Of a stretch of 64,000 bases of DNA, positions 34,731 to 44,635 are shown one piece after another (within the stretch, counting starts at the first letter, position 1; each line of letters starts with the position of its first letter). The notes under the pieces are model-generated. The model had not been told where the DNA came from. It made no database searches and worked only from the letters and a program-made list of their open reading frames with translations. A program made the position numbers and the translations under genes. This DNA is from Diplonema japonicum (Eukaryota; Protista; Euglenozoa: Diplonemea): contig OZ025709.1 in NCBI GenBank assembly GCA_964019335.1, forward strand, positions 248,001 through 312,000, given 5' to 3'.

Positions 34731-35921
34731 CTATGTAAACAGCAACATAAGGACTAACCCCACAATGACCGTTAAAAGGTTCGGATCCGTGTCGAGCGAC
34801 GATTTCGAACAAAACACCTCCGTCTGTGCAGGATCGCACTTCTGCAGCCGACCGAGCACAAGGCACTGCTGTTCAAATGTGGGGATACACGCCGGAAGGA
34901 ATGTTCTCAAGCAGATCAGAAGAGAAGGAATGCATGCCTGGTGGTTTGGGCAGTTGTAGTAAGGCATAGCACCTACGCACACCCCTGCGAGACAGGCGTC
35001 AGACTCAGTGTGTAAAGACGAATCTGAACATGGGGTTCCGTCGGGTTTATTCAGCATTACACATGACCCATCCGGTCGACAGCTCACTGTTGAACATTCT
35101 GGGGTTTCTGCCGTGCATGTTCTTTCTATGTTAGTTCTTGGTTCGGTACACGTAACCTTCCCCACACACGACCCATCCAGACAAGTATCGTTGAATGTTA
35201 AGTCGCTGAAGTCGGAACACTCCAACCCGTCCGGTTGGTTCGCTTCCAAGCACTCTCCGTTTTCACAACCGCCTGATTTTCTACAGGCGTGTATCACTGG
35301 GGGGCATTTCATGTTTTTGCACAGTGATTCTGAATCGGTGCTTTTGTTGCATAGACCTGATGCACAGGTTCCACCCAAGCATCTTATGCTGTTGTGTTTA
35401 TGTTCAATGCACGTGGTGTTCTTGCATGAGAAGCTCACGCATTCTCGGTCGAACGGACACGTTGTTGTTCCGCATAACTTCGGCTCCGGTACGCAACTTC
35501 CAAAATAGCATTTTTTTGAACCGTCGTCTCCGCATGGGGTCCCGTCGGGTTGGTCGGTGTACTCACAGTCGCCTGTTTTTGGGTTGCATGAAGGTGGGGC
35601 TTTGCAGGTTTTAGAAGGGCATTTTTTGCGGTAACATTTGTGAGAGCAACCGTCGTTAGAACCGAGCCAGACACCTCCTCGGCAGATGCATTGGTCTTCC
35701 CAGCATTTTGTGAGCCCCATTTCGCGATTGGCAGCGTTTTCTGCTTCTTGTTTGAGACATTGCACCGATCTTTCGATCCTGGGATCCAACGCGAGCAGCG
35801 AAGCCTCATTAATTACATCGAATTGATAGTTCAACGGCAGCGTCAAGGTCAGCGTGCCTTGTTGCGGTGGTGCCGTTCCCTGCACTGAGATCATCACCAA
35901 GATGACCAATGGGTACAACAT
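34731..35921 (-). CDS. Cysteine-rich surface protein (signal peptide, C-terminal hydrophobic TM/GPI signal)
   Basis: Start MLYPLVILVMISVQG at 35921; repeated PDGxxC.D....T..D.C..G.C modules; C-terminus LLTVIVGLVLMLLFT. Confidence 0.78.
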   Translation of the reverse strand: MLYPLVILVMISVQGTAPPQQGTLTLTLPLNYQFDVINEASLLALDPRIERSVQCLKQEAENAANREMGLTKCWEDQCICRGGVWLGSNDGCSHKCYRKKCPSKTCKAPPSCNPKTGDCEYTDQPDGTPCGDDGSKKCYFGSCVPEPKLCGTTTCPFDRECVSFSCKNTTCIEHKHNSIRCLGGTCASGLCNKSTDSESLCKNMKCPPVIHACRKSGGCENGECLEANQPDGLECSDFSDLTFNDTCLDGSCVGKVTCTEPRTNIERTCTAETPECSTVSCRPDGSCVMLNKPDGTPCSDSSLHTESDACLAGVCVGAMPYYNCPNHQACIPSLLICLRTFLPACIPTFEQQCLVLGRLQKCDPAQTEVFCSKSSLDTDPNLLTVIVGLVLMLLFT

Positions 35922-36237
35922 TTGGTACCTGTGTCTTATTTCATTTTCTGTTTTTTCTTTTCTTTTTTTTTTTTTTTTTTTTTTTTTAGACAAAATTATA
36001 TACAAGAGAATCATATAAAGGAAGGGGGAAACAGGTGTGGGTAGGTAACACTCAACTTTTTTTTAAGTGGGGGGGTCAATGTAACAAAAAAAGCAGAAAA
36101 AGGAAAAAAAGGCTAGCTAAAAAAAGATCTTCTTTTCTGGAAAAAAAAAAAAAATGCAAAAAGAAAGGAGAAAAAAGGAAACGAAGCGAGAATGGCAAGG
36201 GCATTGTTTAAATTTCCTTTTTTTTCTTTTCTCTTCC

Positions 36238-36558
36238 TCAAAGTCCACCTCTCAGTGCCAACACCAAGTGAAGTACGGATCCTGCGGCGATATTGTATTC
36301 GACTGCAGTCTGTTATAGTGTTCCTCTTTTTCTTTTCATCCATTTCCACAAACCTTCTCATCGGCCATCTGTCTACCACCGAAAATCAGTCTCTGCTGTG
36401 CAGGCGGGATCCCTTCCTGCTCCTCAACTCTTTCCTGCAGAAGACGGGGTAAAATGCATAAAAAGATGTACACACACCTTAATCCTCTCAATCTTGCTGT
36501 CCGCCTCGATGTCAAACTCAATCTCCTTCCCAGTCAGCGTTTTCACTTTGATCATCAT
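36238..36558 (-). CDS. NEDD8: Ubiquitin-like protein NEDD8/Rub1, join(36478..36558,36354..36434,36238..36309)
   Basis: Spliced product [27 protein letters not shown]|[27 protein letters not shown]|[23 protein letters not shown]. Introns are 43 and 44 nt. Missed as a single ORF by the track. Confidence 0.95.
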
Positions 36559-36625
36559 TTTCTTAAAATTTTTTTTTCCAAAGTGTTGTTCTCAGAGTGC
36601 CTTTTATTTGAAAAATATAAAAGAA

Positions 36626-36699
36626 TATTCCCATCCGGGTTCGAACCGGAGACCTTCGCCGTGTTAAGGCGACGTCATAACCAACTAGACCATGGGAAC
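36626..36699 (-). tRNA. tRNA-Val(AAC)
   Basis: GTTCCCATGGTCTAGTTGGTTATGACGTCGCCTTAACACGGCGAAGGTCTCCGGTTCGAACCCGGATGGGAATA; full cloverleaf. Confidence 0.95.
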
Positions 36700-36704
36700 T
36701 CACG

Positions 36705-37620
36705 TTTTTTTTTTAATAATAATAATAATTATTCCACTACCAGGCGGGGGGGATGGGGGGCGGAGAAAGTTGAAACCATAAAAATTGGGAAGGGAAGGTT
36801 AAAAACAGTCTCTCTTACTGAGCCATATCGGGGGGGACCTCTTGCTCGTTTGCTCGACCTCTTGTATATTTTCCTGGGGCCCCCGACATCCACCTTTCTT
36901 ATTTTTTCCCCATTCCCCCGCCACGCAGCTCTTGGGCCTCGAAGGCTTCGGCTGTCACCAAATAAAGACAACCCCAAATATTAAAGGACGGCGATGAGAT
37001 CCCTAATTTTGATTTATCCAGCCACAGGGACCCCACCATCTGCTGGTTTTGTTGGGCTGTGGGAGCCTAAAATATAAATTTGAAAAGGAAATGTAAAAGG
37101 AAAAGTCAAGTTCAGAACTCAACTTCCACAAAGAAGGGAGGAATGCATAACTAGAAAAGGAGCCTGGTAGGGAAAATAAAAAGAAAGGGAAACCAATGGG
37201 GGAGGGGGAAAAAGAATTACTGGTTACTATTTCTAAAAAAAAAAAACCCCCTTCTCAGCTGCGAAAGATGTTTTTCCAACGAGACTCCCTATCGCGTAAT
37301 GACGCGGGCGCACCAGGTAGGCCGGCGAGTGCTGTGGAGTCAATCGTCAGCGGGGAGGAAGAGGTTGTGAGAGGCGAAGTAGAGGAGGGGGGCACGTTGG
37401 CAGATAACCCACCGGCCTTGGGTTTTTTTTTTTTTTTTTTTTTTTTTTTTCAAAATACCAATGCAGGGCCGCCATGGAGAGCAACACCTGAGAAAAGGGG
37501 AAAAAAAGGTGAAGGGAAACCATGGGGAAATAGGGAGGGCAATGGACCAGGCTTCTGCAAGCAGGAGGAGCCCTGGTCCCCCACCAACCCGTGCTCTGCT
37601 TTGGGACAGCCGAAGAAAAT
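36705..37620 (-). mobile_element. Non-autonomous retroposon (internal-deletion derivative, RIME/NARTc-like) related to LINE-C
   Basis: Its 5' ~170 bp (37445-37615) is homologous to 50590-50755, and its 3' ~370 bp (36715-37075) to 43810-44225. It has a (TTA)n-poly(A) tail and is flanked by ACG. Confidence 0.82.
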
Positions 37621-38160
37621 ACGTTTTTTTTAATAATAATAATAAATGAACCACTGACGTGCGAAGCAAAGGCTGGGGGGGGGGGGACAGAACAGGTGGA
37701 CCAAGGGTCTCCCTGTATCTAACGAAAGGGGGAAAGGAAAGGAATGTGATAACCTTGAAACTTCCGCTAAACTATCCATACGTACCGAGGACGGAGGTGG
37801 GGCCGGTTCGTGGGCTCCAGTGTTCGCGACTTCGCCCACCTCCGTGACCCCGGCAGCTCTCCAGCCCGCTTCCCAAGCCAGCACCCTTCGGGCGAACCTC
37901 CGGGTTTTTGAGGAGTGGGGTACCTCGTCCGTGCTCGCCCTCACGAGCGGCACACTGGCACGGAGGCATCCCCTTCAGCCAGCTTTGTTGGGCGGCGGAG
38001 CCTTAGAAAATTCAAAACAAAGGGAAATGATACGGGGGGATGTGTGAAGGGGCGGGGAAAGGTGAAGACAGAAGTTGGGGTGCACGACAGGGTAATAATG
38101 GGAAACACAGGGGGAGGGGGAGAGGGTTCACTAGTACTTTTTGGTTCACTTTTTTCTGTT

Positions 38161-38196
<36 letters not shown>

Positions 38197-38241
38197 CTAC
38201 GTCCTGCGATTGCGGTCAGCGGCTCGGCGGTCGTGAGAGTC

Positions 38242-41200
38242 TCAGATGAGGTCCATCCTCTTCAGGTAGGAGGCGGTTTCACTCACCCTCATTGTGAGCA
38301 TCTCCTTCGTGGTCGTGGGGATGTCATCCCCGAAGATCTCTTCGCGGACCTTGTCTCCAGCTGGGCACCCGATCAGCAGATGGTGTCTGTCCTGGATCGA
38401 ATGGCACGAGAGGCAACGTATGTCATTCTGGACGGGTTTCGACAGGAAACCGCAAGTCAGGTGGCTCCTGCCCGTTCGCAGTCTCGTTATCTGTACCTCA
38501 TCGTGTCTGCAGGACAGTTCCTTCAAGGGGAGGTACCTCGCGCCGATCTCCTCTCGGTACTTCTTGTCCCGACCCGTCTTCTCCCACGAGGCTGCCCAGT
38601 CGCGGTTCACCGACCTCTTGATGAGGCTCTTTGTGGTCATCAGGTCCGTCGGTCCGTCCGGTGTCGACTCCTTTGCGGCGCGTTTGGCGTGTCGGTCGGC
38701 TTGCTCGTTACCTGGTAGGCCGCAGTGTCCGGGAACGTACTGGATGATGGTGGAGAGGCCTTGGCGGTCAAGCGCGTCCAGCCATTTCCAAGCCAGCAGT
38801 TCCTCCTTCTGCCTCATCTCTCTGTGGCCCTGCATCAGTCTTCTGATCACCGACTGGGAGTCCGAGCACAGCAGCACTACTCCGGTCGTCACACCTTGTC
38901 TCCGGGTATGGTACAGTGTCAATTGCAGCCCCAGGTTCAGCGCTTTCAGTTCGCATCGGTAGGCCGAAGTCACTGCTCCTCCGCTCTTGCGAGCCTGCTT
39001 CGGTGTGTCAGACCCGATCCTTATCACAGCTGCCGAACCGCCGTTCCTGTGTCCGGTGACTGACCCGTCGGTGTAGACGATCACATCTGGGATGCCGTGC
39101 CTCCTGATCGATTCGAAGGCCGCTCGGAGTTTGAGACTTTTTTCGTCCTTCTTGTGTACCTTGCGGACTAGGTCGGGGTGGAACAGGACTTTGGGTTGGA
39201 CCCATGGAGGGAGCTGCAGGTCTGCGCTCTGAGTGACTGAGTGGTGTGGTAGGTCTTCGCGTTCCGGCATCCCGTGACTCTTCGCCAAGTCGAGCGCGGT
39301 GTTTCGCCAGCTTTTCCCGTACCACATCTGACCCCCGGATATCTTTGTTGCCTTCTCCGCTGTCGTCCCCGGTTGACGCTGTGCCTTCTCGTAGAGCACC
39401 AGGGTGTCGTGTTCCAGCAAGGATTCAATCTCCCAGATGCCCGCCTCTGACCTGGTCACCGTCGCGGAAGTCTTGTCGAAGCATCCCGTTATCAACCTCG
39501 CTGCTGTGTATTGTAGCGAGTCGAACTCGGCCAGAGCAGCATGTCCCACGAAGTTGCCGTAAGCACCGAGACAGTAGCGCAGAACCGGTTGGACGTACGT
39601 CAGGTACAGCGTCCTTAGGGTGTGCTTGCGGCAGCCCCACCTTGTTCCGGCGAGTTTGCGCAGCAGGCGAAGACGGCTGTTGATCTTTCCCTTCACCTTC
39701 TGCACATGCTCGTGGAAGTTCATGCTTTCGTCGAAGGTGACGCCAAGATATTTAGCCTCGCGTACCACCTTGACTTTCGCCCCACTCGAGGGGAAGCGGG
39801 CGTTGATGAGGTTTGCGAGACTGTCGTGCGAGTTCCAGAACTGTCCCTCTACCGGCATGAACTCTGTCTTTTCCTGGGACAGTTTCATCGAGAACGTCTC
39901 GCACCATCGCTCCGTGAGGCTCACCGCGCGTTGCACCTTCTTGTTCAGCTCGGCAGGACTCCCCGCCTCCAGCACTATCGCTATGTCGTCTGCGTACACT
40001 ACCGCGTCGATTCCAGCCTTCCTGTACAACCTGGCCAGGTCGTTGACGTAGATGGAAAAGAGCTGCGGGGCCAGGATGGTGCCTTGGGGTACGCCCCCTG
40101 TCATTGTCTTCACGCAGCCGTGTTCCCCGTTCACACAGACGGAGGCTTTACGTTGGTCGAGGAAAGAGGTGATCCATTTCACGAGCTTGGGAGGGTATCC
40201 GTCGCCTATCAGCTTTGCGATCACTCCCTTGTGCCAGACTGTGTCGAAGGCTCCTTTGAAGTCGAACAGCAGGAGACCCCCCAGACCTTGGCTCAGTCTG
40301 ACACTTTTGAGCTTTGAGGCGGCGTACAGCACGTTTTCCTCCGTGGACCTCCCTTTCCGGAAACCCGCCTGCGATGTGTGCAATTGCCTTACCCGTCCTG
40401 TGTCCTGCAGGAAGCACATCCTGTCCTTGACTATTCGCTCCAACGTCTTCACGATGTTTGACGTCAGCGCGATCGGCCTGTACGAGGCGGGTTCGGATTG
40501 GTCTTTGCCCTTTTTCATGAGGGGGATGATGGAAGACCGCCTCCATTCGGCAGGGACGACACCGGTCTGGAGGGATGAGTTGTAGAGGAGGAGTTGAACT
40601 TCCCTGGCCACCGGTCCCAGGTACTTCAGCATTTCGTTGTAGATGCCGTCTGGGCCCGGAGCCTTGCCCTTCTTCAGCCTTCGCAGCACCGAGTCCAGCT
40701 CGTCCTTCGTTACCAGGGGGAAGTCGTTGTCTGTCCCGGGCTTCGCGTCCTTCTTGATGGTGGTGATCACTTCCTCCGACTTGGCAGTCGTCCTTGGGGA
40801 GCAGGCCCTCGCGTAGTGTTCGACGAGTACACTGGCCTTCTCCCTGTCGGTGGTGGCGATACCGTTTCCTCGTCGGAGCGGGGCTATTGGTGGCTTCTCG
40901 CTGCGACCGTCGAATCTGCGGATGACCGAGAAGGCTTGCGTCAGGTTTCCGTCCTTGGACAACTTCTTGGTGTAGTCGCCCCAGGCAGCCTGCTTCCCGC
41001 TCGTTATCGCCCTGTCCAGCTCAGCCTCCATCGCCGCTAGACGTGCCAGGTCTTCGTCGTTCCCGTCGTGATCCTCGGACAACAGCTTCGCCTTCAGTGT
41101 GCTTCGTCGCCTTGCGAGTGCGTCAATCTCGTCGTTCCACCAAACCTTCCCTTTCTTCTGTCCTTTCCTGGGGACGCACGATTCGGTTGCCGATAGAAGA

Positions 41201-42570
41201 AGAAGTGTGCGAAACTCAGCGTTTAGCCTTATCGGGTCTCTGGCCCTGAGCAGCCTGCTGCACTTTTCTTCCATCGTCTCCCTGTACGCGCTCCTTGCCT
41301 CCTTCCCCCAAGAGTAGAGTACTCTTCTGGTCGGTTGGCTGACTCCCCCTCTCAGACTGAAGAACATCGGAACGTGGTCTGAGCCCATTGCTGGCAACGT
41401 CCTCCAAGAAGATTTGTCGAACTCTGCGCCGCTCATTACCATGTCCGGAGAGGTTGGGTTTCCTGACGGGTTCAGGATCGTGGCTTCGCTGCTCTTGTTC
41501 CATGTGCTGTAGCCCCATCGCAGCATCCAGCTGTGCAGTATTTCTCCCAGCTTATTCGGAGTGCCCCTTTTGTCCCACATCGTGTGGTGGGCGTTCATGT
41601 CACCGGCGATGATGGTGTAACTGTCATGAGGCAGCTCTGCCGGGCGGAAATATTTCTCGGGGGGTGGTCTGTCGTCGCCGTCTCTACCCGTTGTCGGAGG
41701 CAGGTACAGGTTGACGAGTCTGTACGGCTTCCGGTTGGGCAGCGAGATCTCTACGTCGAGTCTTTCCGTCACGTCGCTGGGTTTCTGAAGAACTTCGATC
41801 TGTTTCGACGGTATCGATTCTCTGACCAGTGTGACGAGACCCCCTCCGCTGATTTGCTTTCCTCTTTTCACCGGTCGTGTTCGGTCTCGGCGGTATGCCT
41901 TGAACCCAGTGAAGACTCCGGTTATATCTTTCGACGGCCTCAGGAAAGTCTCTTGGAGTAGGAGCACGTCGATGTTGTGTGTCTCAATGCCCTTCAGCAG
42001 CTGCGCTGTGGTGCTCACCGTTAGGGATCTGACATTGAGAGACAGTACGTTGATGTTGTTGGGTGGTGGTGTTGTGTTGGAGTGTGCCTGTGAGAGAGAG
42101 GAAGTAGAGGGGACGGGAGGGAGAGAGTGTTCAACTCTTGTTGTCTTTTCGGTGGTTGGACCGGGGTTCGCTTCTATGTCCCCGCAGCTCAGTAAGTGTT
42201 TTCCGTGCGGACCTCTGGCTGCGGGATTTCTGCGAATGTGAAGATTGCCTGTGTGGTCACCCCTAGGTCCAGGCCTTTGGATACTGGGTAATACTTCGTC
42301 ACCGGTGACGGGAGTTTGTGAGTGCTTGTTTGGGGAGGAATTGTGCGTGGAGAGAGGGAAAGATGAGGGATGGTGATGTGGTGATGATGTGCTGCCTTTG
42401 CGGTCACCCCAGCTTCCAGGGCTTGAGAGGCTGGGTAGTACTTCATCTTCGTTTAGATGGGGTGTAGTGTTGGGGGTTTGGGAGTAGGGACAGGGAGTGA
42501 GAGACGGTGTGGGAAAGGGGGTGAAAGGGGTGTTGAATGAGATTGCACGGCCCTTAGTACTGGCCTTCAA
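38242..42570 (-). CDS. LINE-B ORF2: 2A peptide, AP endonuclease, reverse transcriptase, RNase H, Zn finger
   Basis: LLSCGDIEANPGP; SLNVRS, LQET, GDMNAHH, SDH; YRPIALTS, PQGTIL, YADD; YTDGS, CSDSQS, HCGLPGNEQAD; CLSC..H...C. Confidence 0.93.
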   Translation of the reverse strand: MKASTKGRAISFNTPFTPFPTPSLTPCPYSQTPNTTPHLNEDEVLPSLSSPGSWGDRKGSTSSPHHHPSSFPLSTHNSSPNKHSQTPVTGDEVLPSIQRPGPRGDHTGNLHIRRNPAARGPHGKHLLSCGDIEANPGPTTEKTTRVEHSLPPVPSTSSLSQAHSNTTPPPNNINVLSLNVRSLTVSTTAQLLKGIETHNIDVLLLQETFLRPSKDITGVFTGFKAYRRDRTRPVKRGKQISGGGLVTLVRESIPSKQIEVLQKPSDVTERLDVEISLPNRKPYRLVNLYLPPTTGRDGDDRPPPEKYFRPAELPHDSYTIIAGDMNAHHTMWDKRGTPNKLGEILHSWMLRWGYSTWNKSSEATILNPSGNPTSPDMVMSGAEFDKSSWRTLPAMGSDHVPMFFSLRGGVSQPTRRVLYSWGKEARSAYRETMEEKCSRLLRARDPIRLNAEFRTLLLLSATESCVPRKGQKKGKVWWNDEIDALARRRSTLKAKLLSEDHDGNDEDLARLAAMEAELDRAITSGKQAAWGDYTKKLSKDGNLTQAFSVIRRFDGRSEKPPIAPLRRGNGIATTDREKASVLVEHYARACSPRTTAKSEEVITTIKKDAKPGTDNDFPLVTKDELDSVLRRLKKGKAPGPDGIYNEMLKYLGPVAREVQLLLYNSSLQTGVVPAEWRRSSIIPLMKKGKDQSEPASYRPIALTSNIVKTLERIVKDRMCFLQDTGRVRQLHTSQAGFRKGRSTEENVLYAASKLKSVRLSQGLGGLLLFDFKGAFDTVWHKGVIAKLIGDGYPPKLVKWITSFLDQRKASVCVNGEHGCVKTMTGGVPQGTILAPQLFSIYVNDLARLYRKAGIDAVVYADDIAIVLEAGSPAELNKKVQRAVSLTERWCETFSMKLSQEKTEFMPVEGQFWNSHDSLANLINARFPSSGAKVKVVREAKYLGVTFDESMNFHEHVQKVKGKINSRLRLLRKLAGTRWGCRKHTLRTLYLTYVQPVLRYCLGAYGNFVGHAALAEFDSLQYTAARLITGCFDKTSATVTRSEAGIWEIESLLEHDTLVLYEKAQRQPGTTAEKATKISGGQMWYGKSWRNTALDLAKSHGMPEREDLPHHSVTQSADLQLPPWVQPKVLFHPDLVRKVHKKDEKSLKLRAAFESIRRHGIPDVIVYTDGSVTGHRNGGSAAVIRIGSDTPKQARKSGGAVTSAYRCELKALNLGLQLTLYHTRRQGVTTGVVLLCSDSQSVIRRLMQGHREMRQKEELLAWKWLDALDRQGLSTIIQYVPGHCGLPGNEQADRHAKRAAKESTPDGPTDLMTTKSLIKRSVNRDWAASWEKTGRDKKYREEIGARYLPLKELSCRHDEVQITRLRTGRSHLTCGFLSKPVQNDIRCLSCHSIQDRHHLLIGCPAGDKVREEIFGDDIPTTTKEMLTMRVSETASYLKRMDLI

Positions 42571-43774
42571 CCTTCCTTTTTACGGGAGGGTTCACCTTGT
42601 GCAGGGGCGTTGTCTGCGAGGGGGTGGTGTGTAGGGTTGTCTGCCTTGTTGTGGCAACTCCTACGAGCCTTTCGGCTGGTGGGGGGGTGTCGTAGCATAA
42701 AGGTGCTACGGTACCCTTTCTCTCCGGTGTCGCAGCGTGCCTGGGGCAGTCTGGGGTGTCAGTCCCCTCGTCAGCGCCATCGGTGGACGGCACGTGTCCC
42801 CTCTGTTCTGGGGACCCGTCTGCCTCCTCGGAGGTTCCTGGTGGGGGGGCTCCTGTAGTCAAGTGGATGAGTAATCTGTTCATCCCTTGCTTCAGCTCCT
42901 CCACCGACCGCTCCGTCCTCTCCGATGACGCCTTCAAGGAAGAAATCTCCCCCCTCAGGCCACCAAGCTCGCCCTCCACCAGGCCCACCCTCCTGTTCAG
43001 CTCCTCAGTCCTCTCGTCCGTACGCACCCCTCTCATCTCCACCTCTTCCACCTTCCTCTCGCACGCCTTCTCCCACAGCCCGGCCTGTTCCCTCGCCTGC
43101 TCCAACTCGGCAATCCGCCTGTCCATGGCTTCCCTCCAGCCCCAGTCGTCCTCCATCCCGCCTCCCTCTTCCTTCTCGGCGCTCTCCAGCGCCTGGATCC
43201 TCGCCTCCAGCTTCTCCTCTCTTTCCCTGGCCTCGGCCTTCCTTTTTGCGGCTTTGGCCCCCTTCTCCTCTCTCGCCTTCTTCTTCCTCCCCTCCTTCTC
43301 GTCGGCCAGCTCCCACACCTGCGACCAGCTCGCCCCCCCGAACTCCCTGCGGAAGTCTATTTTGGTCCCTCTACGAGACCCACCCGGTAGTTTCCTTTTA
43401 AAGGATCCCTTCTGCTCCTCGAACACCACCTTATGGGTAGTGTCTCCGTCCCTCACTGAGTAGGACTGAAGAGGGGGAGTCCCTGTGGTTACGATGGTGC
43501 CTAGGACACCGTCGAACCTCATCGACTTCCCCAGTCCAGCCTGCGCAATGAAGGCCGCCCACGTGGGCTTGGGGGCAAGCGGGGCTACGACTGCGTCGTA
43601 GTGCTTCCGGGTGGGCTTCGTCTTGGGGGTCGTCTCGGGGGGGGTCTTTCTGATCACCACCTCGGTGGTTTGCAGCACTAGCTGCGGCGGGTCTTGGTCG
43701 GGCTCGCTCCCGTCCGGTAGGGGCCCCTTGGAGGCGCCCGCCTTGCTCGGCTTCGTCATTTTGTCACTTGACAT
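42554..43774 (-). CDS. LINE-B ORF1 (coiled-coil)
   Basis: 406-aa ATG-initiated ORF with a central heptad coiled coil, directly upstream of and overlapping ORF2. Confidence 0.75.
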   Translation of the reverse strand: MSSDKMTKPSKAGASKGPLPDGSEPDQDPPQLVLQTTEVVIRKTPPETTPKTKPTRKHYDAVVAPLAPKPTWAAFIAQAGLGKSMRFDGVLGTIVTTGTPPLQSYSVRDGDTTHKVVFEEQKGSFKRKLPGGSRRGTKIDFRREFGGASWSQVWELADEKEGRKKKAREEKGAKAAKRKAEAREREEKLEARIQALESAEKEEGGGMEDDWGWREAMDRRIAELEQAREQAGLWEKACERKVEEVEMRGVRTDERTEELNRRVGLVEGELGGLRGEISSLKASSERTERSVEELKQGMNRLLIHLTTGAPPPGTSEEADGSPEQRGHVPSTDGADEGTDTPDCPRHAATPERKGTVAPLCYDTPPPAERLVGVATTRQTTLHTTPSQTTPLHKVNPPVKRKVEGQY

Positions 43775-44273
43775 TTTTTTTTTTTTTTTTTTTTTTTTTT
43801 ATTTGTTTTTTTTTAATAATAATAAAAATAAATATTCCACTACCAGGCGGGAGGATCGAAGGGGAGTAGAGAAAACCATTCAAGGGAAAGGGAAAGGGAC
43901 ATCACTTCAAACCAAGAGAGGTGTTTGAAAGTGATTCGTGAAAAGCAGTCTCTGTTACTGAGCCATTGGTCGAGGGGTCCTGGTCCGCTGCTCCCTGTAG
44001 TAAATTACTTGGACCCCCTCACCACGCTCTTTTCATAATAAAATAAAACCGATCCCACCCACCAGGCAGCACCTGGGTCTCGAGGCATTAGCCGCCTCTA
44101 GTAACAAGAGACGACCTCCCAGATTTTAAGAACTTTGGAGGAGTTTCAATTGTGAAAAATTAACCAGCTGACTGTGAAACTCCACCGTCTGCTGGACTTG
44201 TTGGGCTTTCGGGAGCCAATAAATTCAATTCAATTAAGTTTCGTTCTTCAGTTTTTTTTTTTTTTTTTTTTTT

Positions 44274-44306
<33 letters not shown>

Positions 44307-44635
44307 TTTTTCTCAAAATAAAGGAATTCAAATCAAGCTCGATTGTGTACACCGAAGCTTGAATCATCTGTCCTTCTTTTTTTTCTTTTTTTTTTTTTTT
44401 TCTTTTTTCTTTCTATATGAAAGGTGAGTGAAAAATTTGAATAACACTGGGGGCGGGGGACAGGGGCCTGGTAATGGAAAATAAGGGAAGACACTGGGGA
44501 GGGAGGTGAAAAGAAAGGATAGGAGTGAAGCCAGAGTCGAGAGATTGAGTTAGAAACAATTGCTGTCTGAAGTCGTTTAACAACTTCAGACCTCAATGTT
44601 TGGAGAGTATAACATATTATAATTTATAAGTTTTT

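Larger units (their letters stand above)
37624..43774 (-). mobile_element. Non-LTR retrotransposon LINE-B, intact ORF1 + 2A-APE-RT-RNase H ORF2
   Basis: ORF1 42554..43774 and ORF2 38242..42570 are uninterrupted. GC-rich 3' UTR with a (TTA)n-A8 tail at 37624-37645. Confidence 0.93.

Noticed and set aside
37445-37615. HDV-like ribozyme at the element 5' end, as in L1Tc/ingi
   Set aside because: A P3/L3-like hairpin is visible, but I could not build the nested double pseudoknot (P1.1, P4, catalytic C, P2) in both copies. It folds as a simple hairpin; a descriptor search would settle it.
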